This document shows positions 19,205-27,479 of a DNA stretch of 42,022 nucleotides, one piece after another; position 1 is the first letter of the stretch; every line of letters begins with the position of its first letter. The position numbers and the translations under genes were made by a program. The stretch comes from Candidatus Thorarchaeota archaeon. Lineage in GTDB: Archaea; Asgardarchaeota; Thorarchaeia; Thorarchaeales; Thorarchaeaceae. The stretch spans positions 2,739,387 through 2,781,408 of the forward strand of contig CP070761.1 of assembly GCA_020348985.1 (NCBI GenBank). Direction: 5' to 3'. Under the pieces are notes generated by a model. The model did not search any database, had not been told where the DNA came from, and saw only the letters and a program-made list of their open reading frames with translations.

Positions 19205-20448
19205 GAACTCGCTTCAATCAGTGTTTGTAGACCTTCAAGGAAAGCGTCAACATCTGCGGAATTGTTGTACAGGTAGAAACTGGCTCTTGCTGAACCCTTC
19301 TTAGGATCGATGCCTATCTGGTAATGGAAAGGACCAACACAGTGCCAACCGGATCGGATCATTACACTGCATTCTTCATTGAGAAATGTTGCAATGTCAT
19401 GGGCGGAATCGACTGTATCTACGGTGAAAGTGACAAGACCCGTTTTGAGATTGATATCCTCGGTTCCAATGATACGTACGCTTTCCATGCCCTTCAATTC
19501 AATGAGGGCTTTGCTCAGTAAAGACCGCTCTCTTTTCTCAATATCGTCCATCCCAATCGAGCGGAGATAATCAGCAGCTGCACCTGCACCGATTGCACCC
19601 GCGTAGTTCTGTAGACCCGCTTCGAATTTCTCGGGAGGAGGAAGGTACTCTGGGATAATCTGACCATTCTCGTACTTCACATCTGATACTGTGTCGCCAC
19701 CAACCAGAAACATGTTCATTGATTCTAGTAGGTCCCTCTTTCCATACAGAACACCTACACCGGTGGGACCACACATTTTGTGAACGGATATTGCTGAGAA
19801 GTCGACGTCTAGTTTCTGAACATCGAGTGGATGATGAGGTGCATATTGAGCATCATCAGACATGACCAAAGCATCTCTGTCATGCGCCATCTCGACTATC
19901 TCTTTCATCGGTGCAACAGTACCAGTAACATTCGAAGAATGTACGACAGAAACAAGTCTCGTTCTGCCATCTATGGCGTTCTTCCAGTCTTCTAGGTCAA
20001 AAGTTCCGTCATTCTTGGCTTCAACAATCGCTACGTCTAGTCCATCTCTTCGAGCTCGCTCGATGAAGGGCAATGATCCACTGTGATGTTCCAATGTTGT
20101 CGTTACAATCTTTGCATCTTTGGGAAGTTTCACGCAGTTGGCTACTATGTTCATTGACTCGGTCGCATTTCTTGTCCAGACTACTTCATCGGTGTGCTCA
20201 GCATTGATGAACTCTGCGAACTTCTCACGAGAATCACTATACGCATTTGAAGCCTCTTCACCCAGCTTATGTATGCTTCTTCCGGCGCAGGCAGGATACT
20301 TTTCATAATATTCACTCATCGCATCAATGACTTGTCGAGGTTTCAAAGCCATGCAAGCGCTGTCCAAGTATACGAGGGGTCTTCCGTTGATTACTCGCTT
20401 GAGTACAGGAAAGTCTTCTCTTATGCGATCCCAGTCAACCATTATCAA
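19201..20448 (-). CDS. sufS: Cysteine desulfurase, SufS/group II
   Basis: REDFPVL, VYLDSA, EHHS, SNVTG, PLP lysine in HKMCGPTG, and catalytic RSGWHC. The start may be ATG 20442. Confidence 0.92.
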   Translation of the reverse strand: MIMVDWDRIREDFPVLKRVINGRPLVYLDSACMALKPRQVIDAMSEYYEKYPACAGRSIHKLGEEASNAYSDSREKFAEFINAEHTDEVVWTRNATESMNIVANCVKLPKDAKIVTTTLEHHSGSLPFIERARRDGLDVAIVEAKNDGTFDLEDWKNAIDGRTRLVSVVHSSNVTGTVAPMKEIVEMAHDRDALVMSDDAQYAPHHPLDVQKLDVDFSAISVHKMCGPTGVGVLYGKRDLLESMNMFLVGGDTVSDVKYENGQIIPEYLPPPEKFEAGLQNYAGAIGAGAAADYLRSIGMDDIEKRERSLLSKALIELKGMESVRIIGTEDINLKTGLVTFTVDTVDSAHDIATFLNEECSVMIRSGWHCVGPFHYQIGIDPKKGSARASFYLYNNSADVDAFLEGLQTLIEASS

Positions 20449-20678
20449 TCCCTCACAAGGACCCAGCGGTAGCCGCCTTTGCCGAATTTCTTCGTTATCA
20501 GACCTCTCTCTACAAGTTGATTTGCGCCTGCTACAACAGAATCTCCTCCAGCACAGTCTGCGCAGAGATCCGAATGCTCTGGCTTCTTGGCTCTGGCAAG
20601 AATCTCAGTAGTTGTCAGTGATTCCCCGGACTCCAGAATGCGTAGAACACATTGCGCGTTCCTTGTGAGGTCGGTCAT
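20445..20678 (-). CDS. Small winged-helix protein with a CxxC insertion
   Basis: 77 aa: VLRILESGESLTTTEIL...CADC...ANQLVERGLITKKFGKGGYRW (helix-turn-helix plus wing). Adjoins the sufS start. Confidence 0.7.
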   Translation of the reverse strand: MTDLTRNAQCVLRILESGESLTTTEILARAKKPEHSDLCADCAGGDSVVAGANQLVERGLITKKFGKGGYRWVLVRD

Positions 20679-20708
20679 TGGTTTCGGCTCCGAGCAGACT
20701 GTAATATG

Positions 20709-20761
20709 AAGGCTTCTGTCAGATGTTGTCATAGATGACAAGCCTTAAATGAAATCTGACA
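20709..20761. promoter_or_regulatory. Divergent promoter region (wHTH-sufS and elf1) with nested palindromes
   Basis: Perfect TTGTCAT-AG-ATGACAA (20726-20741), outer TGTCAGAT/ATCTGACA, and CTTAAAT TATA at 20744-20750. Confidence 0.5.
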
Positions 20762-20831
20762 TGGTCGAGCCCGCTCTGTTTCTTTCGGGCTCTACGTTCG
20801 GATTGTGTGAAATAGGCGAAGGTGAACAGAA

Positions 20832-21086
20832 TTGGGTAGAAGGCGAAGACAGAAAGTCCGGCGTCGGCCTCAGAGACGAATTCCAGACGTATATCCGTGT
20901 CCTGAATGCGGCAACACGGCCGTCAAAATCGAGATATACAGAGACAACAAGATTGCAACGGTTAGATGTGGTTCGTGCTCATTGGAAATGTCCATCGACG
21001 GCGACAAGGTCGGTCCGCTCACTGAAGCTGTTGATATATACGGCGATTTCATAGATGTGTTCTACCAGAGCCGAGAGAGTACTTGA
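20832..21086 (+). CDS. elf1: Transcription elongation factor Elf1
   Basis: Basic N-terminus GRRRRQK, CPECG...CGSC zinc ribbon, and EAVDIYGDFID. AAGGTGA SD before the TTG start. Confidence 0.9.
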   Translation: MGRRRRQKVRRRPQRRIPDVYPCPECGNTAVKIEIYRDNKIATVRCGSCSLEMSIDGDKVGPLTEAVDIYGDFIDVFYQSREST

Positions 21087-21150
21087 TAGTTCAATACTCG
21101 GAATTCAGCAACGATTATAAGAGAAGCAAATCCGGGGTCACGGGATTCCC

Positions 21151-21264
21151 ATGCAGACCAGTTTCATCGAACAGATTATGCCCATCGTTCTCAACGTCAT
21201 GGGTTTCATGGCATTGTTGATAATACTGGGCTACATGGTCTATGGTGAAGAGGAAGAGGAATAA
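21151..21264 (+). CDS. 37-aa single-pass membrane microprotein, candidate OST4-like
   Basis: Below the ORF-track cutoff. Sequence MQTSFIEQIMPIVLNVMGFMALLIILGYMVYGEEEEE. TTATAA box at 21115-21120; the ORF fills an otherwise empty gap. Confidence 0.65.
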   Translation: MQTSFIEQIMPIVLNVMGFMALLIILGYMVYGEEEEE

Positions 21265-21285
21265 TCAAACGGAAGCGTTCTCCCG

Positions 21286-21516
21286 ATGGGCTCTATTGAA
21301 TCCATTCAGCTTGCTTTCGAGAACGTAAAAGCTTACATTACAAACACTGATGCAATGAAGAGCTTGGTTCAAGAGCTCTCATCTGAAGTCAACTCACCTA
21401 ACGAATTCCTTGACACGCTTTACGATAGGATGAGTAGCGCTGAAATCACTCTGAAGACTGATATCAGGATTCTTCTGAATGAGATTGAGAGGTTACAGCG
21501 CAAGGAGTCTGGTTGA
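21286..21516 (+). CDS. Hypothetical helical protein
   Basis: 76-aa ORF with amphipathic helices; its stop overlaps the lhr start (TTGATG). Confidence 0.7.
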   Translation: MGSIESIQLAFENVKAYITNTDAMKSLVQELSSEVNSPNEFLDTLYDRMSSAEITLKTDIRILLNEIERLQRKESG

Positions 21517-24353
21517 TGAGTGGATTCGAGCTTCTGGATTCTGCTATCACTTCTTTTCTTGCAACCAAGAACTTAGTGAAGCCTACACCAATTCAATCGT
21601 CCTCAATTCAGAAAGTACTTGATGGTGATAACGTTCTACTTCTTGCACCAACTGGAACTGGTAAGACAGAAGCTGCACTCCTACCATTAGTACATCGCCT
21701 TCTCGAGATGAAGAAGGAGAGAGAGCTTTTCGGGTTCTATGTTCTCTACATTACCCCACTTCGTGCGCTGAATCGTGATGTATTCCTGCGAATAGAAGAA
21801 CTGTGTGCACACTTGGGACTAAATGTCTCTGTTAGACATGGAGACACAACTCAATATGCTCGGAGAAAACAGGCACTATCCCCACCTCATATTCTGATTA
21901 CAACCCCAGAAACTTTGCAGGCAGTACTGCCTGGAAAGAGATTGAAAGAGCATCTGAAATCTGTGTTTGCTATAGTTGTTGACGAAATTCACGAATTGGC
22001 GGACAGCAAACGAGGTACCCAGCTGAGTCTTGGACTAGAACGCGTCGATAGAATTGCTAACCAAGAAGTTCAAAGAATCGGGCTTTCCGCGACTGTTGGA
22101 AACCCAAAAGAAGTTGCCGACCTTGTAAAAGGTGGGAGAAGTGACGTTAACATCATCTGGGCAGGTTACGATTCACGGGAGACAAGGCTTCGCGTTGAAT
22201 CACCCGTTCCTTCGGAGGAACAGCGGAAGTTGGCTCGGACGCTATCATATCCAGCCTATTCAACTGCAAGGCTTCAGAAGATTGTGGAGCTGATAGAGAA
22301 TCACGATACAACACTTGTGTTTGTGAACACGAGATCTTTTGCAGAAGTCCTTGGTTCGAAGATGAGAGCTTTGAAACCGTCGTTTGAATTCGATGTGCAT
22401 CACGGTTCATTGTCAAAAGATGTGCGACTAGCAGCTGAAGGCAGATTGAAGAAATCAATATCGAAAGCGATTATTGCTACGTCAAGTCTCGAATTGGGAA
22501 TTGACATTGGTACAGCTGATCTGGTTATTCAGTATTCATCGCCTCGTGAGGTTTCCAGAGCACTGCAACGCACTGGACGTGCAGGACACAGTGTAGGCAT
22601 GGTCTCAGAAGGCGTGATACTGGCTACAGCCAATCTCGATGATATCACTGAATCTGGAGTTATTCTACGTCGAGCCAGGAAGAACAAGGTGGAAAGAGCG
22701 AGTATCCCGAAGAAGACTTGGGATGTTCTTTGTCATCAGATTAGCGGCATTGTTCTAGAGACGGGTGAGATTCAGCGCTCCGTCCTAATGACGATGGTGA
22801 AGTCGGCTTATCCATTCTCTTTCATTGATGACTCTGAACTTGATAGAGTTCTGCGATTCATGATTGACAGGAAGATTGTGAAACTGATTGACGATAAGGT
22901 GGTGAGAGGACCCAGATCAAGACAATTCTATTACGAACATCTTTCTACAATACCAGATGTCAGTCAAGTCAAGGCGGTGGATATTGCCACAAGGACACCG
23001 ATTGGAGTTTTGGACGAGAGCTATGTGAACGAACATTTGGAAATTGGCCAAGTATTCGTGATAAGAGGTCGGCCATGGTATGTTGTAAGTATAGAGGATG
23101 AGGAGTTGATGTGTGCTCCTGCAGGTGGGACTGAGTCGGATGCTCCGAAATGGGTTGGAGAGATGATCCCAGTCCCCTACGAGGTAGCTACAGAAGTTGG
23201 AGAGCTTTGGGATTCTGTTGTGAACATCGGCAGTGATAATGCACGAGGCATGTTGAAGAACCGCTATGGCATAGTTGGAGAAGCACAAGATCATGTCATC
23301 GACACACTGAAAGCGGCCAAGGATTCGCTAGGCGTCCTTCCATCAGCTGAACGTGTTGTCATAGAGAGTCTTGCAGAGGGTGTTGTGCTGCATGTGCCGT
23401 TGGGAACCAAAGCAAATGAAACACTCGGAATACTCGTTGCCTCGTTGCTTACAACGAGAATGGGAACTGATGTGGCGGTTGAAAGAGACCCGTATAGAGT
23501 ACTAATGACATCAAATGAACGCATCAACTCAGAGATGATTGTAGAAACCATCAGAGAATACAGCCCAGAGCATGTCTCAGCCATACTAAGACTAGCTATG
23601 AAACGGACTCAGACATTTGCTTCAAGATTCATTCATGTCGGCAAGCGAATGGGGATCATCCGACGTGATGCCAAAACAAAGGAGATCCCAACTCGCCGGC
23701 TAATAGACACGTTCGAAGATTCACCAGTGTTTGAGGAAGCTATGAGAGAAGTCTTGGATGAGAAGTTGGACGAGAAAAGAGTACTTGATTTCTTCCGGAG
23801 TGTGTCTGAAGGGGCTGTAGAAATCCATGTAGTGTATAATGAACAGCCTTCTCCTCTTGCCAGATTGATATTGGAAGAAAAGACTAGGTTTGAGGTCATG
23901 GCCGAAATAACAGAAGAAGAGGAAGTACTCAGATTACTGGAAGACCGACTTCTTTCGAAACGGTTCAGGTTTGTCTGCATGGCAAAAGGAGATTGGAACT
24001 CGGTGAGAACTGTCTCAACTCTGGACAACGAGCCTTCTTGTCCCGTGTGCGGCTCCAAGAGATTGGCTGCAACAACACCAATTGAGAAGGGTCTCCAGAA
24101 GATAGTGAGGAAGGCACTGAGGGGTGAAAGCCTATCAGCTGCTGATATGAAGATGTATAAGATGGCTGATATGATAGCAGATTTGGTTTCATATTACGGA
24201 AGAGCAGCGCTTGTAGTATTGGCTGGGAGAGGTGTAGGTCCACAGACAGCGTCGAGGATTCTAAAGCCCGGTCTCACGAACAGGCTTGATCTACTCCGAG
24301 AGATAGTGGCAGCTGAGAAAGACTATGCCCGAACAAGACCGTTCTGGGATTGA
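21513..24353 (+). CDS. lhr: Lhr-family SF2 helicase
   Basis: APTGTGKT, ITPLRALNRD, RHGDT, TTPETLQ, DEIH, LSAT, HHGSLS, SSLELGIDIG, QRTGRAGH, LSTIPD, and C-terminal CPVC. Confidence 0.94.
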   Translation: MMSGFELLDSAITSFLATKNLVKPTPIQSSSIQKVLDGDNVLLLAPTGTGKTEAALLPLVHRLLEMKKERELFGFYVLYITPLRALNRDVFLRIEELCAHLGLNVSVRHGDTTQYARRKQALSPPHILITTPETLQAVLPGKRLKEHLKSVFAIVVDEIHELADSKRGTQLSLGLERVDRIANQEVQRIGLSATVGNPKEVADLVKGGRSDVNIIWAGYDSRETRLRVESPVPSEEQRKLARTLSYPAYSTARLQKIVELIENHDTTLVFVNTRSFAEVLGSKMRALKPSFEFDVHHGSLSKDVRLAAEGRLKKSISKAIIATSSLELGIDIGTADLVIQYSSPREVSRALQRTGRAGHSVGMVSEGVILATANLDDITESGVILRRARKNKVERASIPKKTWDVLCHQISGIVLETGEIQRSVLMTMVKSAYPFSFIDDSELDRVLRFMIDRKIVKLIDDKVVRGPRSRQFYYEHLSTIPDVSQVKAVDIATRTPIGVLDESYVNEHLEIGQVFVIRGRPWYVVSIEDEELMCAPAGGTESDAPKWVGEMIPVPYEVATEVGELWDSVVNIGSDNARGMLKNRYGIVGEAQDHVIDTLKAAKDSLGVLPSAERVVIESLAEGVVLHVPLGTKANETLGILVASLLTTRMGTDVAVERDPYRVLMTSNERINSEMIVETIREYSPEHVSAILRLAMKRTQTFASRFIHVGKRMGIIRRDAKTKEIPTRRLIDTFEDSPVFEEAMREVLDEKLDEKRVLDFFRSVSEGAVEIHVVYNEQPSPLARLILEEKTRFEVMAEITEEEEVLRLLEDRLLSKRFRFVCMAKGDWNSVRTVSTLDNEPSCPVCGSKRLAATTPIEKGLQKIVRKALRGESLSAADMKMYKMADMIADLVSYYGRAALVVLAGRGVGPQTASRILKPGLTNRLDLLREIVAAEKDYARTRPFWD

Positions 24354-24945
24354 CCCTGAAGATAAGCTAATTGTCATTGCAGGTCGTAGCAATGTGGGCA
24401 AGAGCAGTATGATAAGAGCGCTCACTGGGAGAAAGGTAAGAGTTGGAAAACGACCTGGAAGCACAAAGTGGGAGCAATTGATCGACCTTGGCGCCTTCTT
24501 GCTAGTAGACATGGCAGGTTTTGGCTTCATGGCTGGACAGAGCAAGACTGCGATTGAGGAAATGAAGACAGAGATTGTTAGAAAGCTGGAGAGTTGGGGC
24601 AGACAAATCGTCCTATCCATTCTCATTGTGGACATTTCGTTGTTCAGAACACTCTTCGAGAGATGGGACGCTCGAGACGAGATTCCAATCGATGTCGAGT
24701 TCTACAGCTTTCTTTCTGAAATATCACCTGAAGTCATTGTTGCAGCTAACAAGAGTGACAAGCTGAAGAAGAAACAGCTTGAGATTGACTTGGAATTCAT
24801 GAAGTCGTGTCTCGTCGAAATCGTTCCTAGTTCTGAACCCATTATTGTCCCAATATCTGCCACTAAAGGAAAAGGGGTACTCAGCCTGAAAGATGCGGTT
24901 GAGTGCTCACTGAGAGATAGAGACCTTGGAAAACCGAGTTGGTAA
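24325..24945 (+). CDS. engB: EngB/YihA-family GTP-binding protein
   Basis: GRSNVGKSS, GKRPGST, DMAGFGFM, NKSD, PISA. Confidence 0.9.
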   Translation: MPEQDRSGIDPEDKLIVIAGRSNVGKSSMIRALTGRKVRVGKRPGSTKWEQLIDLGAFLLVDMAGFGFMAGQSKTAIEEMKTEIVRKLESWGRQIVLSILIVDISLFRTLFERWDARDEIPIDVEFYSFLSEISPEVIVAANKSDKLKKKQLEIDLEFMKSCLVEIVPSSEPIIVPISATKGKGVLSLKDAVECSLRDRDLGKPSW

Positions 24946-24946
24946 A

Positions 24947-26071
24947 CTATCGCTTGATTCTCTTGAATATGTAGAAAGCCACGCCGACTACAAGAATGGC
25001 TGAAGAAATAATGGCCATTGGAACTATGGCTCCGGGGGGCTCAGTAGAACCTTCAGAAAGCCAATTGAGCATATTCATGAAGAGCCTAGAATTATCCGCT
25101 TGGTAGAACCAACGTAGATCTGTGCGGTCATCTTCAAGAGGGAGATCCAATGTGCGAGCTGTAAACATCAGAGTAGACCCAGCAACGATGACTCTGCTCG
25201 TGTCATACTGGAACGCTGCTAACCATGGTGGGAATGTTCCATTTATAGCGGAATATGATAATGGTACTTCATTGAAAGCATCGAGACTCATGTTGGGGTA
25301 TGATAGGTTCGCCCAAGTGTTTGGCCCTCGACGATACTGAGCGAATGTTGTCTCATGACTCCTAGCAACTATGCTAGCATCGTCGATAGGCTTCAGAGTT
25401 GCAGTCATTGTGATTAGAGAGTTTATGTCTTTGAATATGGGGTGAGTTGTATCCCAGGTCGAAGAATCTAACTCAATGACCCAGGGGACCGTTTCGTTGA
25501 GAGCGTGTTCATAGTCGAACATAGTGTCTGCCCTCTGAGTTGGTAGACCTGCGCTTGTAGTATGATTGACACTGAATCTGACACCAGTCATGTTAATGCC
25601 ATCAAAGAAATTGTTGAGAGCATAGTTTTCTCCAAGATCTTGGAATGTCTGATCGGCAACCCAATAGGTGGAATTCTGAGAAATCGTTGGATCTCCAAGC
25701 GCCAATAGTGAGCTTCCATTCGCCAAGAACTCAACAATGCTTTCCAGCTCTTCTTGCCTAAATACGGAAGAGTTGTCTGGATCAGCTATGATCAGAATAT
25801 CCACATCACTCAAGATTGTATCATTGAGAGGATCTTCCTCGTTCAGCTTTACGATGTATTTGGTGGATGCATTGACCACGTCTAGCATGAGTTTCAGGTC
25901 ATAATCGGGATCCCTTGCATCGAATTGTTGTCGGTGTGTTGTATCATATAGCACAACTACGGTGTCCATCTCTTCTCTCTGGGCGGCTACCTCATACTGG
26001 AAACTCGATAATAGCAGCATGGCCACAATGAGAATGGTCCCGGTTCTTGACACAAACGTAGTACGGTGCAT
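24947..26071 (-). CDS. Type I membrane glycoprotein with a GIFT (GldG/IFT52/OST48-N, DUF4350-like) domain
   Basis: Signal peptide; VLYDTTH, DILIIADP, EFLANGSSLLALGD, HPIF, RVIVAGS..MF, DNSRLFMNMLNWL; C-terminal TM helix plus KRIKR; 11 N-x-S/T sequons. Confidence 0.75.
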   Translation of the reverse strand: MHRTTFVSRTGTILIVAMLLLSSFQYEVAAQREEMDTVVVLYDTTHRQQFDARDPDYDLKLMLDVVNASTKYIVKLNEEDPLNDTILSDVDILIIADPDNSSVFRQEELESIVEFLANGSSLLALGDPTISQNSTYWVADQTFQDLGENYALNNFFDGINMTGVRFSVNHTTSAGLPTQRADTMFDYEHALNETVPWVIELDSSTWDTTHPIFKDINSLITMTATLKPIDDASIVARSHETTFAQYRRGPNTWANLSYPNMSLDAFNEVPLSYSAINGTFPPWLAAFQYDTSRVIVAGSTLMFTARTLDLPLEDDRTDLRWFYQADNSRLFMNMLNWLSEGSTEPPGAIVPMAIISSAILVVGVAFYIFKRIKR

Positions 26072-26154
26072 GGGCTGTTCCGACCTAGGTGCTTAGACAG
26101 CGGTCCACATCCTCGGCTGAGTTTTAAACTTAACCTTCAGGAAACGGTGCATGT

Positions 26155-26541
26155 CTAGCGGATTCTTCTCCACTCCTGATACAGCTTCCTGCGATCTGAA
26201 TCGGTTGCTTCAACAACTTTGTGCTCTTCTCGGATTGACGCAATGGTTTGAGCAAGCAGATGATAGCACATCTGGGCCTCTCGATTGATGACCACGGCTT
26301 GGTAGAAGTCTCTACAGGTACAGAAGGTACTAGGAATAACTAGGTAGTCTCTCTTTCGTCCAAGGACTGTCCACGCAAGTGAATCGCTTGGTTTGAAGAG
26401 ATACATTTTGACCTTGCCTTCCTCAACTGCTCTGAAAGCACGTACGAACCGTTTACCGTATTTCGTGCGGAAGTATTCGATATCCTCCTGATCCAAGCGA
26501 TCCTTAGATAATCGTTTTACTTCTTGGGAAGACAAGATCAT
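26155..26541 (-). CDS. SWIM zinc-finger protein, SWS1/ZSWIM7-like
   Basis: Exact C-x-C-x15-C-x-H-x-x-A signature (FCTCRDFYQAVVINREAQMCYHLLA) in a 128-aa standalone protein. Confidence 0.85.
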   Translation of the reverse strand: MILSSQEVKRLSKDRLDQEDIEYFRTKYGKRFVRAFRAVEEGKVKMYLFKPSDSLAWTVLGRKRDYLVIPSTFCTCRDFYQAVVINREAQMCYHLLAQTIASIREEHKVVEATDSDRRKLYQEWRRIR

Positions 26542-26606
26542 AGTGCTCAGATTCCTGTTTATACAGCTGTGTTAAAATGTCGTACGATTGATGTGTCAGT
26601 CTGATT

Positions 26607-27449
26607 ATGGAGTTCATCTTCGATGACCGAGGGCTGGTCATAGCGGAATCCGAAAGAACCACGTTGGTGATTGCTGATCTTCATCTTGGTTTTCATGTTC
26701 AATTGTCTGAGAAGAGTGGAGCATCGTTTCCCTCACAGCATACCTCGATGCTTGATAGAATCAGACTTCTTGTTGAACACCATTCGGTGGACAGTCTATA
26801 CATTATTGGTGATGTCAAGCATACGATATCGGTTGACAGACCGTTTAATTGGAGTATAATCCCCTCGTTCTTGACTGATGTCTCTAGCTTGGTCAGTACA
26901 GTAATAGTTCCTGGGAACCATGATGGAGATTTGACACCCCTTCTCCCAAGGAGCATTGAAGTGACTGGTGTTCATGGAGTCATTATTGGATATGGTGAGG
27001 AGTCTGTTGGATTGGTTCATGGACATGCATGGCCATCTGAGAAGGTGTTGTCTTCTAGAGTATTGGTCATTGGACACAGTCATCCTTCACTCCTTCGATT
27101 GAAGGTAGTGCATGCTCCGGGGGTTGATAGACCGAATCGAAAGAGATACGGTGGCACAGTCCCTGTTGTCTTGCGATCACGATTCTCAAGGGATTGTGTC
27201 TGTGGACATATTGGTACCAAGAGTAGCGATGTTGATGCTGGACAGCTGGTAACGCTTCCTAGCTTCAACCAGATTATCTCGGGCATTCCTATTAACAAAC
27301 AGGCCGTCGAGCTCCCTGGAGTATTCTTCCAAAGTGACTGTGTGAGTTTTCAAAATTCGGATGTTATCAGTACTGACGGAGTACATTTGGGAACAGTAGA
27401 TGCCTTGCAAGAACGTTATACAGAGAAGACCACCCAACGAAACGATTAA
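26607..27449 (+). CDS. Calcineurin-like metallophosphoesterase (Lhr-associated MPE type)
   Basis: ADLHLG, GDVKH, PGNHD, VHGH, GHSHP, LPSFN. Confidence 0.88.
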   Translation: MEFIFDDRGLVIAESERTTLVIADLHLGFHVQLSEKSGASFPSQHTSMLDRIRLLVEHHSVDSLYIIGDVKHTISVDRPFNWSIIPSFLTDVSSLVSTVIVPGNHDGDLTPLLPRSIEVTGVHGVIIGYGEESVGLVHGHAWPSEKVLSSRVLVIGHSHPSLLRLKVVHAPGVDRPNRKRYGGTVPVVLRSRFSRDCVCGHIGTKSSDVDAGQLVTLPSFNQIISGIPINKQAVELPGVFFQSDCVSFQNSDVISTDGVHLGTVDALQERYTEKTTQRND

Positions 27450-27479
27450 ATCGCTGGCAAAATGGGTTCATTCTTGCAT

